This document shows, piece by piece, positions 28,101 through 37,708 of a stretch of 64,000 bases of DNA. The notes beneath the pieces were generated by a model, which saw only the letters and a program-made list of their open reading frames with translations, had not been told where the DNA came from and did no database searches. A program made the position numbers and the translations under genes. Origin of the DNA: Flavobacteriales bacterium (lineage in GTDB: Bacteria > Bacteroidota > Bacteroidia > Palsa-965); NCBI GenBank assembly GCA_040377305.1, contig JBEIPA010000012.1, positions 32,001 through 96,000 of the forward strand. The letters are read 5' to 3'. How positions within the stretch are numbered: the first letter of the stretch is position 1; each line of letters opens with the position of its first letter.

Positions 28101-31100
28101 ACAACGCGAGTACTTCATCTGAATTCAACGCGCGATTGTACACGCGACCATCGTCGTAAATTCCTTCGAAGATTGCATTGCCCAATCCGTTCGCCTGTCT
28201 GCCAATCTGGAAATTCGTGATCGTGTTTGTAATAACACCGGTGTACGCCAAATCTCCGGTCTGCACACCGTTCTGATAAATTTTCAGTCGCGAACCATTG
28301 TACGTTACAACAATATGATGCCAGGTGTTGTACGGAACGTTTTGTGAACTGTTCACATACGTTGCACCGTTGATTCTCCAACGAACACGATTCATTTGCT
28401 GGCCTTGACCAACGTCATAATAATTGTCGAGTCCCATGTACAATCCGTTGTTCTGCCACTTGTTCATGAGTGGACTGAAGAATCCGTAGTTGGGATTTGT
28501 TTCGTAAATCCACAACGACATCGTGATCTGCGTGGTGAGCGCCTGAAAATCTCCTGGGTTACCTGCGTCGACGTACGCGTTTACCACGGGTTGAAGCGCG
28601 TGTGCAGCCTGACCGAGTCGATCGTTAACGTAAGCGCCGTTCCAGTTCAGTGTTGCGTGATTATTTCGTCCGCTCGAATCGGCCGTGTTGCCATCGAACA
28701 TCCAGTGTGCAATTAATCCTGTGTAAAGATCAACTGCAGGTGCTGTCGCGAGATTGATAGTCGCGGTTACTGCTGTGCGTCCTGTTTCGCATCCGTTAAA
28801 CAAAATGGATACGTAGTATGTTGTGGTCGTACTCAACGTTGGAGTAGAATAGGTGGCTCCAACGTGGAATGGACTTCCGCCCACTGCAGCCGTGTACCAA
28901 TTGTATGTTGCACCAACCGGCGCACCGCTTGCACTTAGTGAAACACTTCCAGGTTCGCATCGTGATGCTCCGACCGTAGTTGGTAATGCGGGAAGAACAA
29001 TTACGGTAACTGTCACCGAACTGATGATGACTGAACAGCCGTTCGGGCCTGTAGCCACAACCTGGAAAGTAGTATTTGCTGTTAAGTTTCCTGTTGCGAA
29101 TGAAAGTGTATCGCAGTTTCCTGCTTGTGCCGCTCCGATGTTTGCACTCGTTGCTGCATTCTGTAATTGATATGTAACGCCTTTTTGTGTGCCGATTACT
29201 TTAATTGAGCTCGCTGTGTTCGGACAAACCTGGGTTGGAACAGCAACCAGATTCATTGCATCCGGTTGTTCCATCATCAGTGAAATCATTTCCTGTTGTG
29301 AAATTGCCCGGTTGTAAATCCGGAAATCATCGAACGCGGCATTCGCATACGCATCTCCGGCCCACTGACTTCTTCCGATGTAACACATGGTGCGGAGAAC
29401 GTTTTGCGGAGTCGTGTGCGTACCGGCTGCAATCTGGGTACCGTTCATGTAAACCCGCGCCGCATTTCCGGTAAGCGTGTAGGTGAGTAACTGCCACGTG
29501 TTCGTGCCGGTTGCTGTTGCACTCGATGCAACACCACCAGACACAGTACCGTTATAAACTTCTCCATGCGGACGACCATTTGTACCCTGAGACAGACACA
29601 GCAACACGTTGTTGTTGGCAGGACCGTTCGCAAAATCGAATACCCGACTCCAACTGGTGTACGTGTTTACTTTCACCCAACAGCTTACTGTGAAATCTCC
29701 ATTGAAGTAAACACCGTCTGGTGCATCAACATATCCATTTGTTCCGTTGAACTGAAGCGCTCCACCTGGATTTCCAAAACGATCGTTCACCGCCGTTACA
29801 CCACCGATCATAGTTCCGTTCAATCCGTTTCCACTCGCATCGTTTGCATTCGCGTTAAACGGATAGTGCAATATCAATCCTGTTGTAAGCGACGACACCA
29901 GTGAAGATGTCTGTGTCATGTTGTTAGGTCCTTGAACAACACTTACAACGGTTGTAACTGTTGCCGAGCAACCTGCTTTTGTAATGGTGAGCGTATACGT
30001 GCCTGCATCAGACAAACCAGCATTCGGAATAACCGGATTTTGTTGTGTGGAAGAGAATCCGTTCGGTCCATTCCACTGGTAAGTTGCTCCACCGGTAACG
30101 TTCGCTCCAAAAAGTGTAAGTGCAGTTCCGCTGCAAACAGGAGAATTCGCACTTGCTGCATTGAGCTGATAGAAAATGTAGCGACTGACTGTTCCATTCA
30201 CATCGTTCCAATGACCGTGTGTGAGCATGTGACCAAAATCCTCATTACTCGCATTGTTCGGTTCGCCGGGATACCATGTTGTGTAACCATTGGGATAGCC
30301 GCCTTCCCATGCAAACGCTCCTTCTGTGACTTGATCAGTGTATCCGATGAACGCACCTGTAGAAACGTGAAGTGCAAGCATATTGTTTGTGGTGTAATCA
30401 GGAATGTATGCGAGATTTCCTCCATTAGAAATGCATGTAGTTCTTGCTGTTGCCCACGTTTGCTGCACATTACTCACAAAATAGTTTCTTCCGTTTGTCG
30501 ATCCAACAAAGCGAAAAAGTGAAGCCGATGGAATGTCTCCCAATACTCCGTTGACTGTAAATGTTGCTGTGCTTGCTGCGCCAATGGAAACGGGCGTGTT
30601 TGTGATTACTCGAAGCTTGTATCCTGTTCCCGATGGCATTGCTTCCGGAACTGTACACGTAATAGTTGCTGTTGCCGCATTCGAAACGAGTGATCCTATT
30701 TCAACCGGATTCGTGAATGCACCATTCGCATCCGAAATCTGAACACTGTATGTGTTTCCGTTTGCAATTGCACCTGTTGATGAAATGTCGACCGTGATTT
30801 GTTGTCCGGCACACAGCACAGAAGGAGAAATATTCGTCACTGTTCCGGAAACTACCCCTACTGTTGACAGCGTTGTCACTTCGTCTGGTGTGAGCGCGCG
30901 ATTGTACACACGGAATTCATCAATAGCGCCATTCATCGGATACCAGTCTGATGCATAGCGAGCGAGCATGAGATTTTTTGTGTTCATCGTTGCGAAATTC
31001 GGCGCGCCCGGAGTTGTCTGAACAAGAGTTCCGTTGATGTACATTCTCTGTTCAGTGGCATCCATAATGTACACGAAGTGTTGCCACTGGGCTGTGGAAA

Positions 31101-31593
31101 TTCCAGACTGAACAAATTGGCATGTAGTCATACTCACATTGCCAATGCGGTTGTTCATTGCACCTGCTCCCGTGAGTGAAGTGTTGAACCAAAGTCCGCC
31201 ACCTGCATCACCATCTTTCGCAAATACACAATGATCGCCGCCTGCAACGACATTGCCCGTGCCATTTGTTCCGGTAACACTATTTAGTTTCAGCCAGAAT
31301 GAAAATGAACATGCAGTTGTAAACTGAAGTGTGGGGCTGTTTGGAATTGTTACTTCACCCCAACCGGTTGTACCGTTGAAGTTGTAAGCCGAGTTTGCAT
31401 TTCCCCACTGATCCGTAGTTGGAGCAGCAGTGCCGCCCGGAATTCCATTGTTTCCATTTCCACTGTAGTCAAGTGCATTTCCGTTGAACGGATAATATCC
31501 TACGAGTCCGTTCGATAAATTCACTTGCGCGAATGATGACATCAGACATGCAAACACAGCAATTCCAGCGAGTAGTTTCTTCTTCAAATTCAT
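25102..31593 (-). CDS. large T9SS-secreted adhesin-like protein: three LamG-like domains, C-type lectin domain, Ig-like tandem repeats
   Basis: GLVGYYPFNGNA.D...R(V/I)YNRA x3; GEPNN...WNDV lectin; repeated GPTTFC...YLWSTGATT; C-terminal YPNPA; start taken at MNLKKK. Confidence 0.88.
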   Translation of the reverse strand: MNLKKKLLAGIAVFACLMSSFAQVNLSNGLVGYYPFNGNALDYSGNGNNGIPGGTAAPTTDQWGNANSAYNFNGTTGWGEVTIPNSPTLQFTTACSFSFWLKLNSVTGTNGTGNVVAGGDHCVFAKDGDAGGGLWFNTSLTGAGAMNNRIGNVSMTTCQFVQSGISTAQWQHFVYIMDATEQRMYINGTLVQTTPGAPNFATMNTKNLMLARYASDWYPMNGAIDEFRVYNRALTPDEVTTLSTVGVVSGTVTNISPSVLCAGQQITVDISSTGAIANGNTYSVQISDANGAFTNPVEIGSLVSNAATATITCTVPEAMPSGTGYKLRVITNTPVSIGAASTATFTVNGVLGDIPSASLFRFVGSTNGRNYFVSNVQQTWATARTTCISNGGNLAYIPDYTTNNMLALHVSTGAFIGYTDQVTEGAFAWEGGYPNGYTTWYPGEPNNASNEDFGHMLTHGHWNDVNGTVSRYIFYQLNAASANSPVCSGTALTLFGANVTGGATYQWNGPNGFSSTQQNPVIPNAGLSDAGTYTLTITKAGCSATVTTVVSVVQGPNNMTQTSSLVSSLTTGLILHYPFNANANDASGNGLNGTMIGGVTAVNDRFGNPGGALQFNGTNGYVDAPDGVYFNGDFTVSCWVKVNTYTSWSRVFDFANGPANNNVLLCLSQGTNGRPHGEVYNGTVSGGVASSATATGTNTWQLLTYTLTGNAARVYMNGTQIAAGTHTTPQNVLRTMCYIGRSQWAGDAYANAAFDDFRIYNRAISQQEMISLMMEQPDAMNLVAVPTQVCPNTASSIKVIGTQKGVTYQLQNAATSANIGAAQAGNCDTLSFATGNLTANTTFQVVATGPNGCSVIISSVTVTVIVLPALPTTVGASRCEPGSVSLSASGAPVGATYNWYTAAVGGSPFHVGATYSTPTLSTTTTYYVSILFNGCETGRTAVTATINLATAPAVDLYTGLIAHWMFDGNTADSSGRNNHATLNWNGAYVNDRLGQAAHALQPVVNAYVDAGNPGDFQALTTQITMSLWIYETNPNYGFFSPLMNKWQNNGLYMGLDNYYDVGQGQQMNRVRWRINGATYVNSSQNVPYNTWHHIVVTYNGSRLKIYQNGVQTGDLAYTGVITNTITNFQIGRQANGLGNAIFEGIYDDGRVYNRALNSDEVLALYHNNMVAFSNSPVCEGNIIQLSSPLIAGATYSWNGPNGFTSNQQVPAPILNAAAIHAGVYTLVISNPNGCVTTPQTNTVVVNPLPVAATTVNDTVCGSGNAVLTASGAPVGGSYQWYSVAVNGTPINGQTSGTYTLTNLTATDTFWVVIVSAAGCPSPTRTPVIAVYNNPMSQAMTVSGATICDDVTTSNVTLNTSQVGVTYQAFWNSTPVSAATNGTGSALTIPINTSGMGSGTQVITITISQPGCGNVNVTDTARINVIAMPNATITPSGPTTFCSGGSVTLSVPMSSSYLWSNGATTQTILVTSGGAYSVAVTNANGCVSNSQVVNVNVIAPPVATLSTGGPTTFCSGDNVVLTAGGGGTYLWSTGATTSAITVSTSGTFYCVVSNGSCTDTTSSVVVTVNPSPTASITAGGPTTFCAGDNVTLFANAANGYLWNTGATTSSIVVTTSGSYNVITTGANGCTAQSSPVTVTVNTTPNATISTSGPTTICQGDVVTLTAGGGTTYTWSTGATTTAINVSTAGNYYCVVSNGTCTDTTSLVTVVVNPAPTAGITASGPLSFCAGDNVTLTADASNSYLWSTGATTQAITVSTSGTYSVTTSSANGCTAVSSPITVTVNSTPSATITASGSTTICQGDVVTLTAGGGTNYLWSSGATTTAINVSVAGTYYCIVSNGMCSDTTSTITVVVNPAPTASISAGGPTTFCTGGNVTLTVASANSYLWSTGATTQSILVSASGTYDCVVTGANGCTANSNSISVTVVPPPTANISAGGPTTFCAGGAVTLTASGGTSYLWSTGATTSSIVVTQSGSYTVDVSNGSCGVTSTAINVTVNPLPNVQFSMGNDTSFCVFSNPLVLTGGSPAGGTYSGPGIIGNQFFPGAAGTGFVTLTYDYTDGNGCYNSANAIVFVDLCMGIDGVTQSNGVLAYPNPAADFTTVQWTADANVSTLEVFDANGKLVYAENVEGKTTTQLDMNDWADGIYSVRLVGSSVQTIRVIRGQ

Positions 31594-31623
31594 GATTTTT
31601 TTGTTTGTTTCACGATCACAATA

Positions 31624-31631
31624 CAAAAGTA
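31624..31631 (-). promoter_or_regulatory. Bacteroidota -7 promoter box TACTTTTG
   Basis: Exact TAnnTTTG 30 nt upstream of ATG 31593. Confidence 0.55.
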
Positions 31632-31817
31632 TTGCCGTGACAGCGGGCAAATTTACCGGACAGAACTCGTAACCGCGATTAAGGACTTACTTTTGGTATT
31701 TCCATGACGTAAGTCGTTGAAAACTAGCAATTAAAGGTACTTGGATGTGAACTCACAGTACCCTTGTGTCAAGGTTTTGTCGATTGACTTATCTTCGCAG
31801 GAACAAACAAAAAACAC

Positions 31818-33773
31818 ATGAAGAAACTTCTACTCATTTTCACCGCGTTCTTGAGCATTTCGGCAATGGCTCAAACGCAGATTCAGATGCCGATTTCAAC
31901 CCAATCCGGAACTTTCTCCGGAAGCGTGCGCGGATATTATTTCGTTGCACCAACCTGTTTCACAATTACAGGGCTAATGGTTCCAACTGATGCCAGTACT
32001 GGTCCTCAGTCAATCGCGGTAGTTCGGTTCCATTCAAACCTTACTCCACCTTTGTATTCTGTTACCACAAATGCTTTTACAACATTGTTTCTCACGCAGA
32101 ATGATCCTACATCCGGTATTATTCCCGTGAACATTCAGGTGGAACAAGGTGATGTAATCGGAATTCTGGGTCAGCGGGCAACTGTAAATTCTTATGGCGG
32201 CGGAAGCTTTCCTACAACAATTGATGGATTCCCGACAACAGTGAATCGCTTGGGCATGCAGTTTCCTTTGACAACAACAGCACCACAGCAATTGTGGACA
32301 GAAGCAGCAGGAAGCATCAGCCGCGTATTCATGTATTACGATTCGTTGATTACTTACAACGTTACTTCCGGACCAATCGGACCACTCACTGAGCAGTTCG
32401 GAAACGGCGCTGACACTTCTTTCACTTCATCATGGGATTTTGGTGATGGGTCTCCACTTGGAACGGGATCGAATCCAACGCACACGTATGCAATGGCGGG
32501 TACTTATAACGTGTGTACGTACATCACGAACACTTGTGGAACTGACACATTGTGTACTTCTGTAACAGTTTGTAATCCTTCACCGGCGGTTGCAGGTTAT
32601 ACATCAAGTGTAGCCGGTCCAACAGTCACTTTCACGGACGGCTCTTCGAATGCAAGCAACTGGCTTTGGGATTTCGGTGATGCAACTACGTCAACAGCAC
32701 AAAACCCTTCGCATACGTATGCAATGTCAGGAACGTATAACGTCTGCCAGATTGCATACAACGGAACTTGCGACGCAGATACGATTTGTACTTCAATCAC
32801 AGTATGCGTTGCACCAACAGTTACTTACACTTCTATGGATATGGGTGGCGGATTGTACATGTTTAATGATACAACCACCGGCGCAACGTCATGGGCATGG
32901 GATTTCGGTGACGGATCACCAATCGGAACAACACAGGATCCTTCACACACATACGCAGTGAACGGAACCTATACCGTGTGCGTTACTGCTTACGGATGTG
33001 ACAGCACAACCTACTGCAACACCGTTGTTGTTTGTATGCCAACCGTTGCAAACTACACAAGCACATCTTCAATGGGCATGGTCATGTTCACAGATGCTTC
33101 TGCACACGCAACTTCATGGGCATGGGATTTCGGTGATGCATCTCCGGTTGACAACACTCAAAACCCAATGCATACATACGCTACAAATGGCGTGTACACA
33201 GTTTGTTTGATTGCTACAGGATGCAGCGGATCAGATACAACCTGCACCATGATCACAGTTTGTCCTGAAGCATTGAGTGCGGCGTTTACATCAACAGACA
33301 CGCTGATGAATGCAACTTTCTCAAATGGTTCAATGAGCGCATCCAGCTACCTGTGGGATTTCGGTGACGCCTCAACAGACACAGCTGCGAATCCATCGCA
33401 CACGTATGCTGCAACGGGTCAGTATCTGGTTTGTCTCACTGCATGGAATATCTGTGGAGATTCAGCTACCACATGTGATACGATTCTCCTGATTATTCTC
33501 GACAACAACTCGATGACAACAGGGTCAACAATTGATCTGTATCCGAATCCGGCGAATGAAGTAGCAACTGTAAACGTTTCTTCAGTGATTTACAGCGGCA
33601 ACTATGTATTCGAAATGTTTGATGCAGCCGGGAAACTGGTGCGCACGCAAAACGGAGTATTCGGTCAGAACATGAACGTAGATCGTAGCGGACTTGAAGG
33701 TGGAATTTACATCTACAAGATCAGCGTTGATCAGAACGTTGTTGGTAACGGACGTTTGATCTTTACTCAGTAG
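31818..33773 (+). CDS. PKD-repeat protein with T9SS type A C-terminal domain
   Basis: Five WDFGD...P.HTY..G.Y.VC repeats; C-terminal LYPNPA. Confidence 0.88.
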   Translation: MKKLLLIFTAFLSISAMAQTQIQMPISTQSGTFSGSVRGYYFVAPTCFTITGLMVPTDASTGPQSIAVVRFHSNLTPPLYSVTTNAFTTLFLTQNDPTSGIIPVNIQVEQGDVIGILGQRATVNSYGGGSFPTTIDGFPTTVNRLGMQFPLTTTAPQQLWTEAAGSISRVFMYYDSLITYNVTSGPIGPLTEQFGNGADTSFTSSWDFGDGSPLGTGSNPTHTYAMAGTYNVCTYITNTCGTDTLCTSVTVCNPSPAVAGYTSSVAGPTVTFTDGSSNASNWLWDFGDATTSTAQNPSHTYAMSGTYNVCQIAYNGTCDADTICTSITVCVAPTVTYTSMDMGGGLYMFNDTTTGATSWAWDFGDGSPIGTTQDPSHTYAVNGTYTVCVTAYGCDSTTYCNTVVVCMPTVANYTSTSSMGMVMFTDASAHATSWAWDFGDASPVDNTQNPMHTYATNGVYTVCLIATGCSGSDTTCTMITVCPEALSAAFTSTDTLMNATFSNGSMSASSYLWDFGDASTDTAANPSHTYAATGQYLVCLTAWNICGDSATTCDTILLIILDNNSMTTGSTIDLYPNPANEVATVNVSSVIYSGNYVFEMFDAAGKLVRTQNGVFGQNMNVDRSGLEGGIYIYKISVDQNVVGNGRLIFTQ

Positions 33774-33833
33774 GCAGTATGTCAGTAGTGCAGTAGGCAG
33801 TCGTGAGGGCTGAATTGCTGTAAGAAAAGTATA

Positions 33834-33878
33834 AGAAAGGGGTTGTTCAGGTGAAGTCTGAATGACCCTTTTTCTTTT
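33834..33878 (+). terminator. intrinsic terminator
   Basis: agaaaggggttgttcag / ctgaatgaccctttttct plus T run. Confidence 0.65.
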
Positions 33879-33992
33879 GACTGTCTACTGCCCAAAGCTG
33901 ATTCACTTGGCGCGATCAGCATACCACTGCAACGACGGGACTGCCTACTGCCCAACTGCCCAACTGCCTACTATTTAGTAGTTTTGTCCTCT

Positions 33993-35321
33993 ATGAACTC
34001 CATTCTCATCATTGGCGCTGGCCGGTCTTCTTCCGCACTTATTTCGTATTTACTGAAAAACGCCGAAGTGCATGACTGGAATGTCCGCGTTGGCGACATG
34101 AATGAACAATTCGCGAAGGATAGAGTAGGCGCGAGCAAACGGGGTACTCCTTTTCGTTTTGATATCACGAATCAGTCTCAACGTGAAGAGGAAATTCAGA
34201 AAGCGGACCTCGTAGTGTCGATGTTGCCTGCGACTATGCACGGACAAGTAGCAGAAGACTGCGTTCGTTACGGAAAACATCTGGTAACAGCATCGTATGT
34301 TTCAGACAAGATGCGTTCGCTGGATGAAGAGGCAAAAAAGAAAGGTGTGATCCTTCTCAATGAAATCGGATTGGATCCGGGCATTGACCACATGAGTGCT
34401 ATGCAGATTATTGATGATGTTCATGCACGCGGAGGAGAAATGAAAGCGTTTTACTCGTACTGCGGTGGATTGGTTGCTCCCGAATCGAATGATAATCCAT
34501 GGGGATATAAGTTCTCCTGGAATCCGCGCAATGTGATTCTTGCCGGACAAGGCGCACCTGCACAGTATATTGAGGATGGAGAACTTCAGGAAGTGGATTA
34601 CATCGAGTTGTTTTCTTCGGCACGACAAATTGAAGTGAAGGGTCACGGGAAATTTGACGCGTATGCCAATCGCGATTCGCTTTCTTACAGAAGTGTGTAT
34701 GGCTTGGAGAATATTCCAACGATGCTGCGTGGTACGTTGCGTGCAGAAGGCTTTTGCAAAGCATGGAATGTACTGGTGCAGTTAGGTTGGACAGATGACA
34801 GTTACACACAAGAGAATCTGACCGGCTTGAGTTACGCACAACTCACAGAACGTTTGCTTGGTCAGTGTAAACGTTCCTTGCGTGCAGAAGCTGCGGGTGA
34901 TGCAGGTCTGGCCGAGAATGATCCCGCAATGGACATGGTGGAATGGATCGGCATTTTTGGCGACGAGAAAATTCCGTTCGACAAAGGAAGTCCTGCGCAA
35001 ATTCTTCAGGAACTTTTGGAACGTAAATGGAAACTGCAGCCTGGCGATAAGGATATGATTGTGATGCAGCACGAGTTTGAATATTCACTGAACGGTAATG
35101 ATGCGAGAATCACTTCTTCACTGGTTGTGAAAGGCGAAGATGAAATTCACACCGCGATGGCAAAGACAGTAGGCTTACCAGCGGCCATAGCGGTGAAATT
35201 GATTTTGACCGGGCAATATAAATCGAGTGGGGTAGTGGTGCCGGTAAAGAAGGAATTGTATGAGCCGGTGTTGAAGGAATTAGGAGAGATGGGAATTGTT
35301 TTTGAAGAAGTGCACTCCTGA
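33993..35321 (+). CDS. saccharopine dehydrogenase family protein
   Basis: IIGAGRSS, TASYVS, NEIGLDPGIDH, YCGGL, YKFSWNP, AMAKTVG. Confidence 0.92.
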   Translation: MNSILIIGAGRSSSALISYLLKNAEVHDWNVRVGDMNEQFAKDRVGASKRGTPFRFDITNQSQREEEIQKADLVVSMLPATMHGQVAEDCVRYGKHLVTASYVSDKMRSLDEEAKKKGVILLNEIGLDPGIDHMSAMQIIDDVHARGGEMKAFYSYCGGLVAPESNDNPWGYKFSWNPRNVILAGQGAPAQYIEDGELQEVDYIELFSSARQIEVKGHGKFDAYANRDSLSYRSVYGLENIPTMLRGTLRAEGFCKAWNVLVQLGWTDDSYTQENLTGLSYAQLTERLLGQCKRSLRAEAAGDAGLAENDPAMDMVEWIGIFGDEKIPFDKGSPAQILQELLERKWKLQPGDKDMIVMQHEFEYSLNGNDARITSSLVVKGEDEIHTAMAKTVGLPAAIAVKLILTGQYKSSGVVVPVKKELYEPVLKELGEMGIVFEEVHS

Positions 35322-35330
35322 TTCATCTCT

Positions 35331-35765
35331 ATGAAGCGTTTCATTCTGCTTCTGGTCGCTGGAATTCTATTCATGGGATGTGGGTATAACTATTTGAGTT
35401 ATCGGCACAGGAAGCAATTCCGCGATTCAAAGTCTGAAGTAACGCTCAATCAAATATCACAATTACGTGTTTTGGATTCTGCAAAGTTTAGTCGGGGAGC
35501 ACACGTTTACATTCGTCCAATCATGGTGAACAGAAATCACGTTGGAGTTTATGGCTACAACCGGAACTCTTCACATTTCGGACGCGTATATTTCTTCGAA
35601 TACAAGAACGACTCTGTGATTCTCATTTCGCGAAACAATGAGGATAGTTTACGCAACGAAGTTGAACGATTTCTCAATGAACATGATTTCAGCAAACGAA
35701 AGATTGCGGTAGCTATGAAACGACTGAAGTCGACGTACGATATACTGTCAACGGATTCGTTCTGA
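35331..35765 (+). CDS. hypothetical lipoprotein
   Basis: Lipobox-like FMGC. Confidence 0.55.
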   Translation: MKRFILLLVAGILFMGCGYNYLSYRHRKQFRDSKSEVTLNQISQLRVLDSAKFSRGAHVYIRPIMVNRNHVGVYGYNRNSSHFGRVYFFEYKNDSVILISRNNEDSLRNEVERFLNEHDFSKRKIAVAMKRLKSTYDILSTDSF

Positions 35766-35926
35766 GATTGCGGTATTCAATCTACCTCGCGAATCTGAAA
35801 TCAGTTCCCGAAGACGGAGTTGATTTGCGCAACAAGAATCCGGAATTACTGACCAATTTCAAGTGATTGGGATTTTTAACAAGTCAGTGTGTTGCCTAAC
35901 GTTTGCCCGTTCACTATCTTTCTAAG

Positions 35927-36271
35927 ATGAAAACCAACCTGCTTGTTCGCGTAATTACACTTTCCGGATTTACAATTCTGATGAGTGGATTTGTTGCGTA
36001 CAAAGCGGGTGCATTTGAATCGGGCTCGAATGTTAATGCTGACTCTCCGGTTAAGGATACCCTTTCACCGTTGATTTACGCACCAAGTTCCAAGTCGGGT
36101 CCGGTGTTTATTAGTGCTTCAAGTACTCAAGACACGGTAAAGCTACAGTCGACAGAGCAGCAAGCACCAAACCAGCGTGCTGAGCCACCAAAAGTGAAGA
36201 CTTATATGGGTGGAAGTAAATCGAAGCAGGTATTTACTCCTGAGCCAAAAGACACAAGCAAGCCGAAATAA
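35927..36271 (+). CDS. hypothetical membrane-anchored protein with two SKS motifs
   Basis: TM ending GFVAYKAGAF; YAPSSKS, YMGGSKS. Confidence 0.65.
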   Translation: MKTNLLVRVITLSGFTILMSGFVAYKAGAFESGSNVNADSPVKDTLSPLIYAPSSKSGPVFISASSTQDTVKLQSTEQQAPNQRAEPPKVKTYMGGSKSKQVFTPEPKDTSKPK

Positions 36272-36277
36272 AAGCTG

Positions 36278-36748
36278 ATGAAGACTTTTCATCCTGCGGT
36301 AAAGATTCTTACAGCATCAATTTTCTTTTTGTTGATGTTCGCGTTTGTTGCGTTCAGATCGGGAGCGTTTGACGGAACACGAGCAGCACAAATCAAGCTT
36401 CATGTGAGTCGGACAGGAAAAAGTCATCACCAGAAATCAAACGATCCGAATAAAAGAGCAGTTCACGAAGGACGTCCAACGCTTAAGCAACGTGCTTCGA
36501 CAATTGAGATAAATCCAGAATGGGCAATGATGGCCAGTTCGAAGACAATTGTTGCTACACCTGTACATTGGTCTTTCGTCGGAAATTCTTTTGGGTCTAA
36601 TGCCTCACGCGCTATGATGTCGAGTTCCAAATCAACTCTCATGGTCTCTGAAGCGGAATTATATTCAGTCTACCGTGGAATTTTTAATGTTCCTTATAGC
36701 GACAAAACAGTAGGTAAAAACGAACAGCTGAAGCAAGGCAAGAAGTAA
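36278..36748 (+). CDS. hypothetical membrane-anchored protein with two SSK[ST] motifs
   Basis: TM ending AFVAFRSGAF; AMMASSKT, AMMSSSKS. Confidence 0.65.
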   Translation: MKTFHPAVKILTASIFFLLMFAFVAFRSGAFDGTRAAQIKLHVSRTGKSHHQKSNDPNKRAVHEGRPTLKQRASTIEINPEWAMMASSKTIVATPVHWSFVGNSFGSNASRAMMSSSKSTLMVSEAELYSVYRGIFNVPYSDKTVGKNEQLKQGKK

Positions 36749-36749
36749 G

Positions 36750-37622
36750 ATGGAGCAGCTCAAGGAAATATTCGACTTGATTTGGCCAACCGGCTTGAGC
36801 ATTCTGTTCCTCGCCATCCTTTTCATTCCCATGGAAAAAGTTTTTCCTGCGAAACCGGGACAGAAAGTATTTCGTCCGCGTTGGTTTACCGATCTGCTGT
36901 TTTTTCTCGGACAATATCTTTTCTGGAGCTTCTTCGTGTTCTGGGTGCTCAGCTTTTTCAGCGAGTGGATTTTCATGATTGTGCCCGAAGGATTCAGATC
37001 AGCCGTTGCATCACAACCCTGGGCGCTTCAGGTGTTCGAGGTAATTGTGTTAAGCGATTTCATCATCTACTGGGCACATCGTCTGCAGCATAAAGTGGAT
37101 TTCCTCTGGCGTTTTCACAAAGTACATCACACCGCCGAGCATCTCGATTGGCTGGCTGCACACCGCGAACATCCGCTCGATTCGATTTACACCATCGGAC
37201 TGATTAATCTGCCCGCATTCATTCTCGGATTTCCGTTGGAGACAATCGCCGGCTTAATTGCTTTCCGTGGCATCTGGGCAATTTACATTCACTCAAATGT
37301 GCGCATTCCCCTCGGACCATTGCGTGTACTCATTGGGTCTCCGGAACTGCATCACTGGCATCACGAACTCGAACGCGATCGCGGTAACTACGCAAACATT
37401 TCTCCGATCATGGACAAACTGTTTGGAACATACACCTGTCCCGATCACGAACCGGAGCATCTCGGCATCAAAGAAGAATTTCCCAAACACTACGTTGGAC
37501 AGCTCGTTCATCCGATCCTGCCGAAGAGAGTGGGGGATTGGATGTTTAAGAAGAAGAAGGCCGTTGTTACGATGAAACCAGAGCCCATTCGTGAAACAGT
37601 CGAAGTTCAGGTTCCACAGTAA
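36750..37622 (+). CDS. sterol desaturase / fatty acid hydroxylase family protein
   Basis: His boxes HRLQH, HKVHH, HSN, HHWHH; NYA...DKLFGT. Confidence 0.92.
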   Translation: MEQLKEIFDLIWPTGLSILFLAILFIPMEKVFPAKPGQKVFRPRWFTDLLFFLGQYLFWSFFVFWVLSFFSEWIFMIVPEGFRSAVASQPWALQVFEVIVLSDFIIYWAHRLQHKVDFLWRFHKVHHTAEHLDWLAAHREHPLDSIYTIGLINLPAFILGFPLETIAGLIAFRGIWAIYIHSNVRIPLGPLRVLIGSPELHHWHHELERDRGNYANISPIMDKLFGTYTCPDHEPEHLGIKEEFPKHYVGQLVHPILPKRVGDWMFKKKKAVVTMKPEPIRETVEVQVPQ

Positions 37623-37708
37623 TGTAAACGTAACATCACGATCAAATTGTCTTAAGGTTAAACAGCTAACTCCTTCCTAATTTCATATCAGAATAAAATC
37701 AATACTGA

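Noticed and set aside
35891-35907. gttgcctaacgtttgcc, resembling an att left end
   Set aside because: Isolated half-site with no partner arm.
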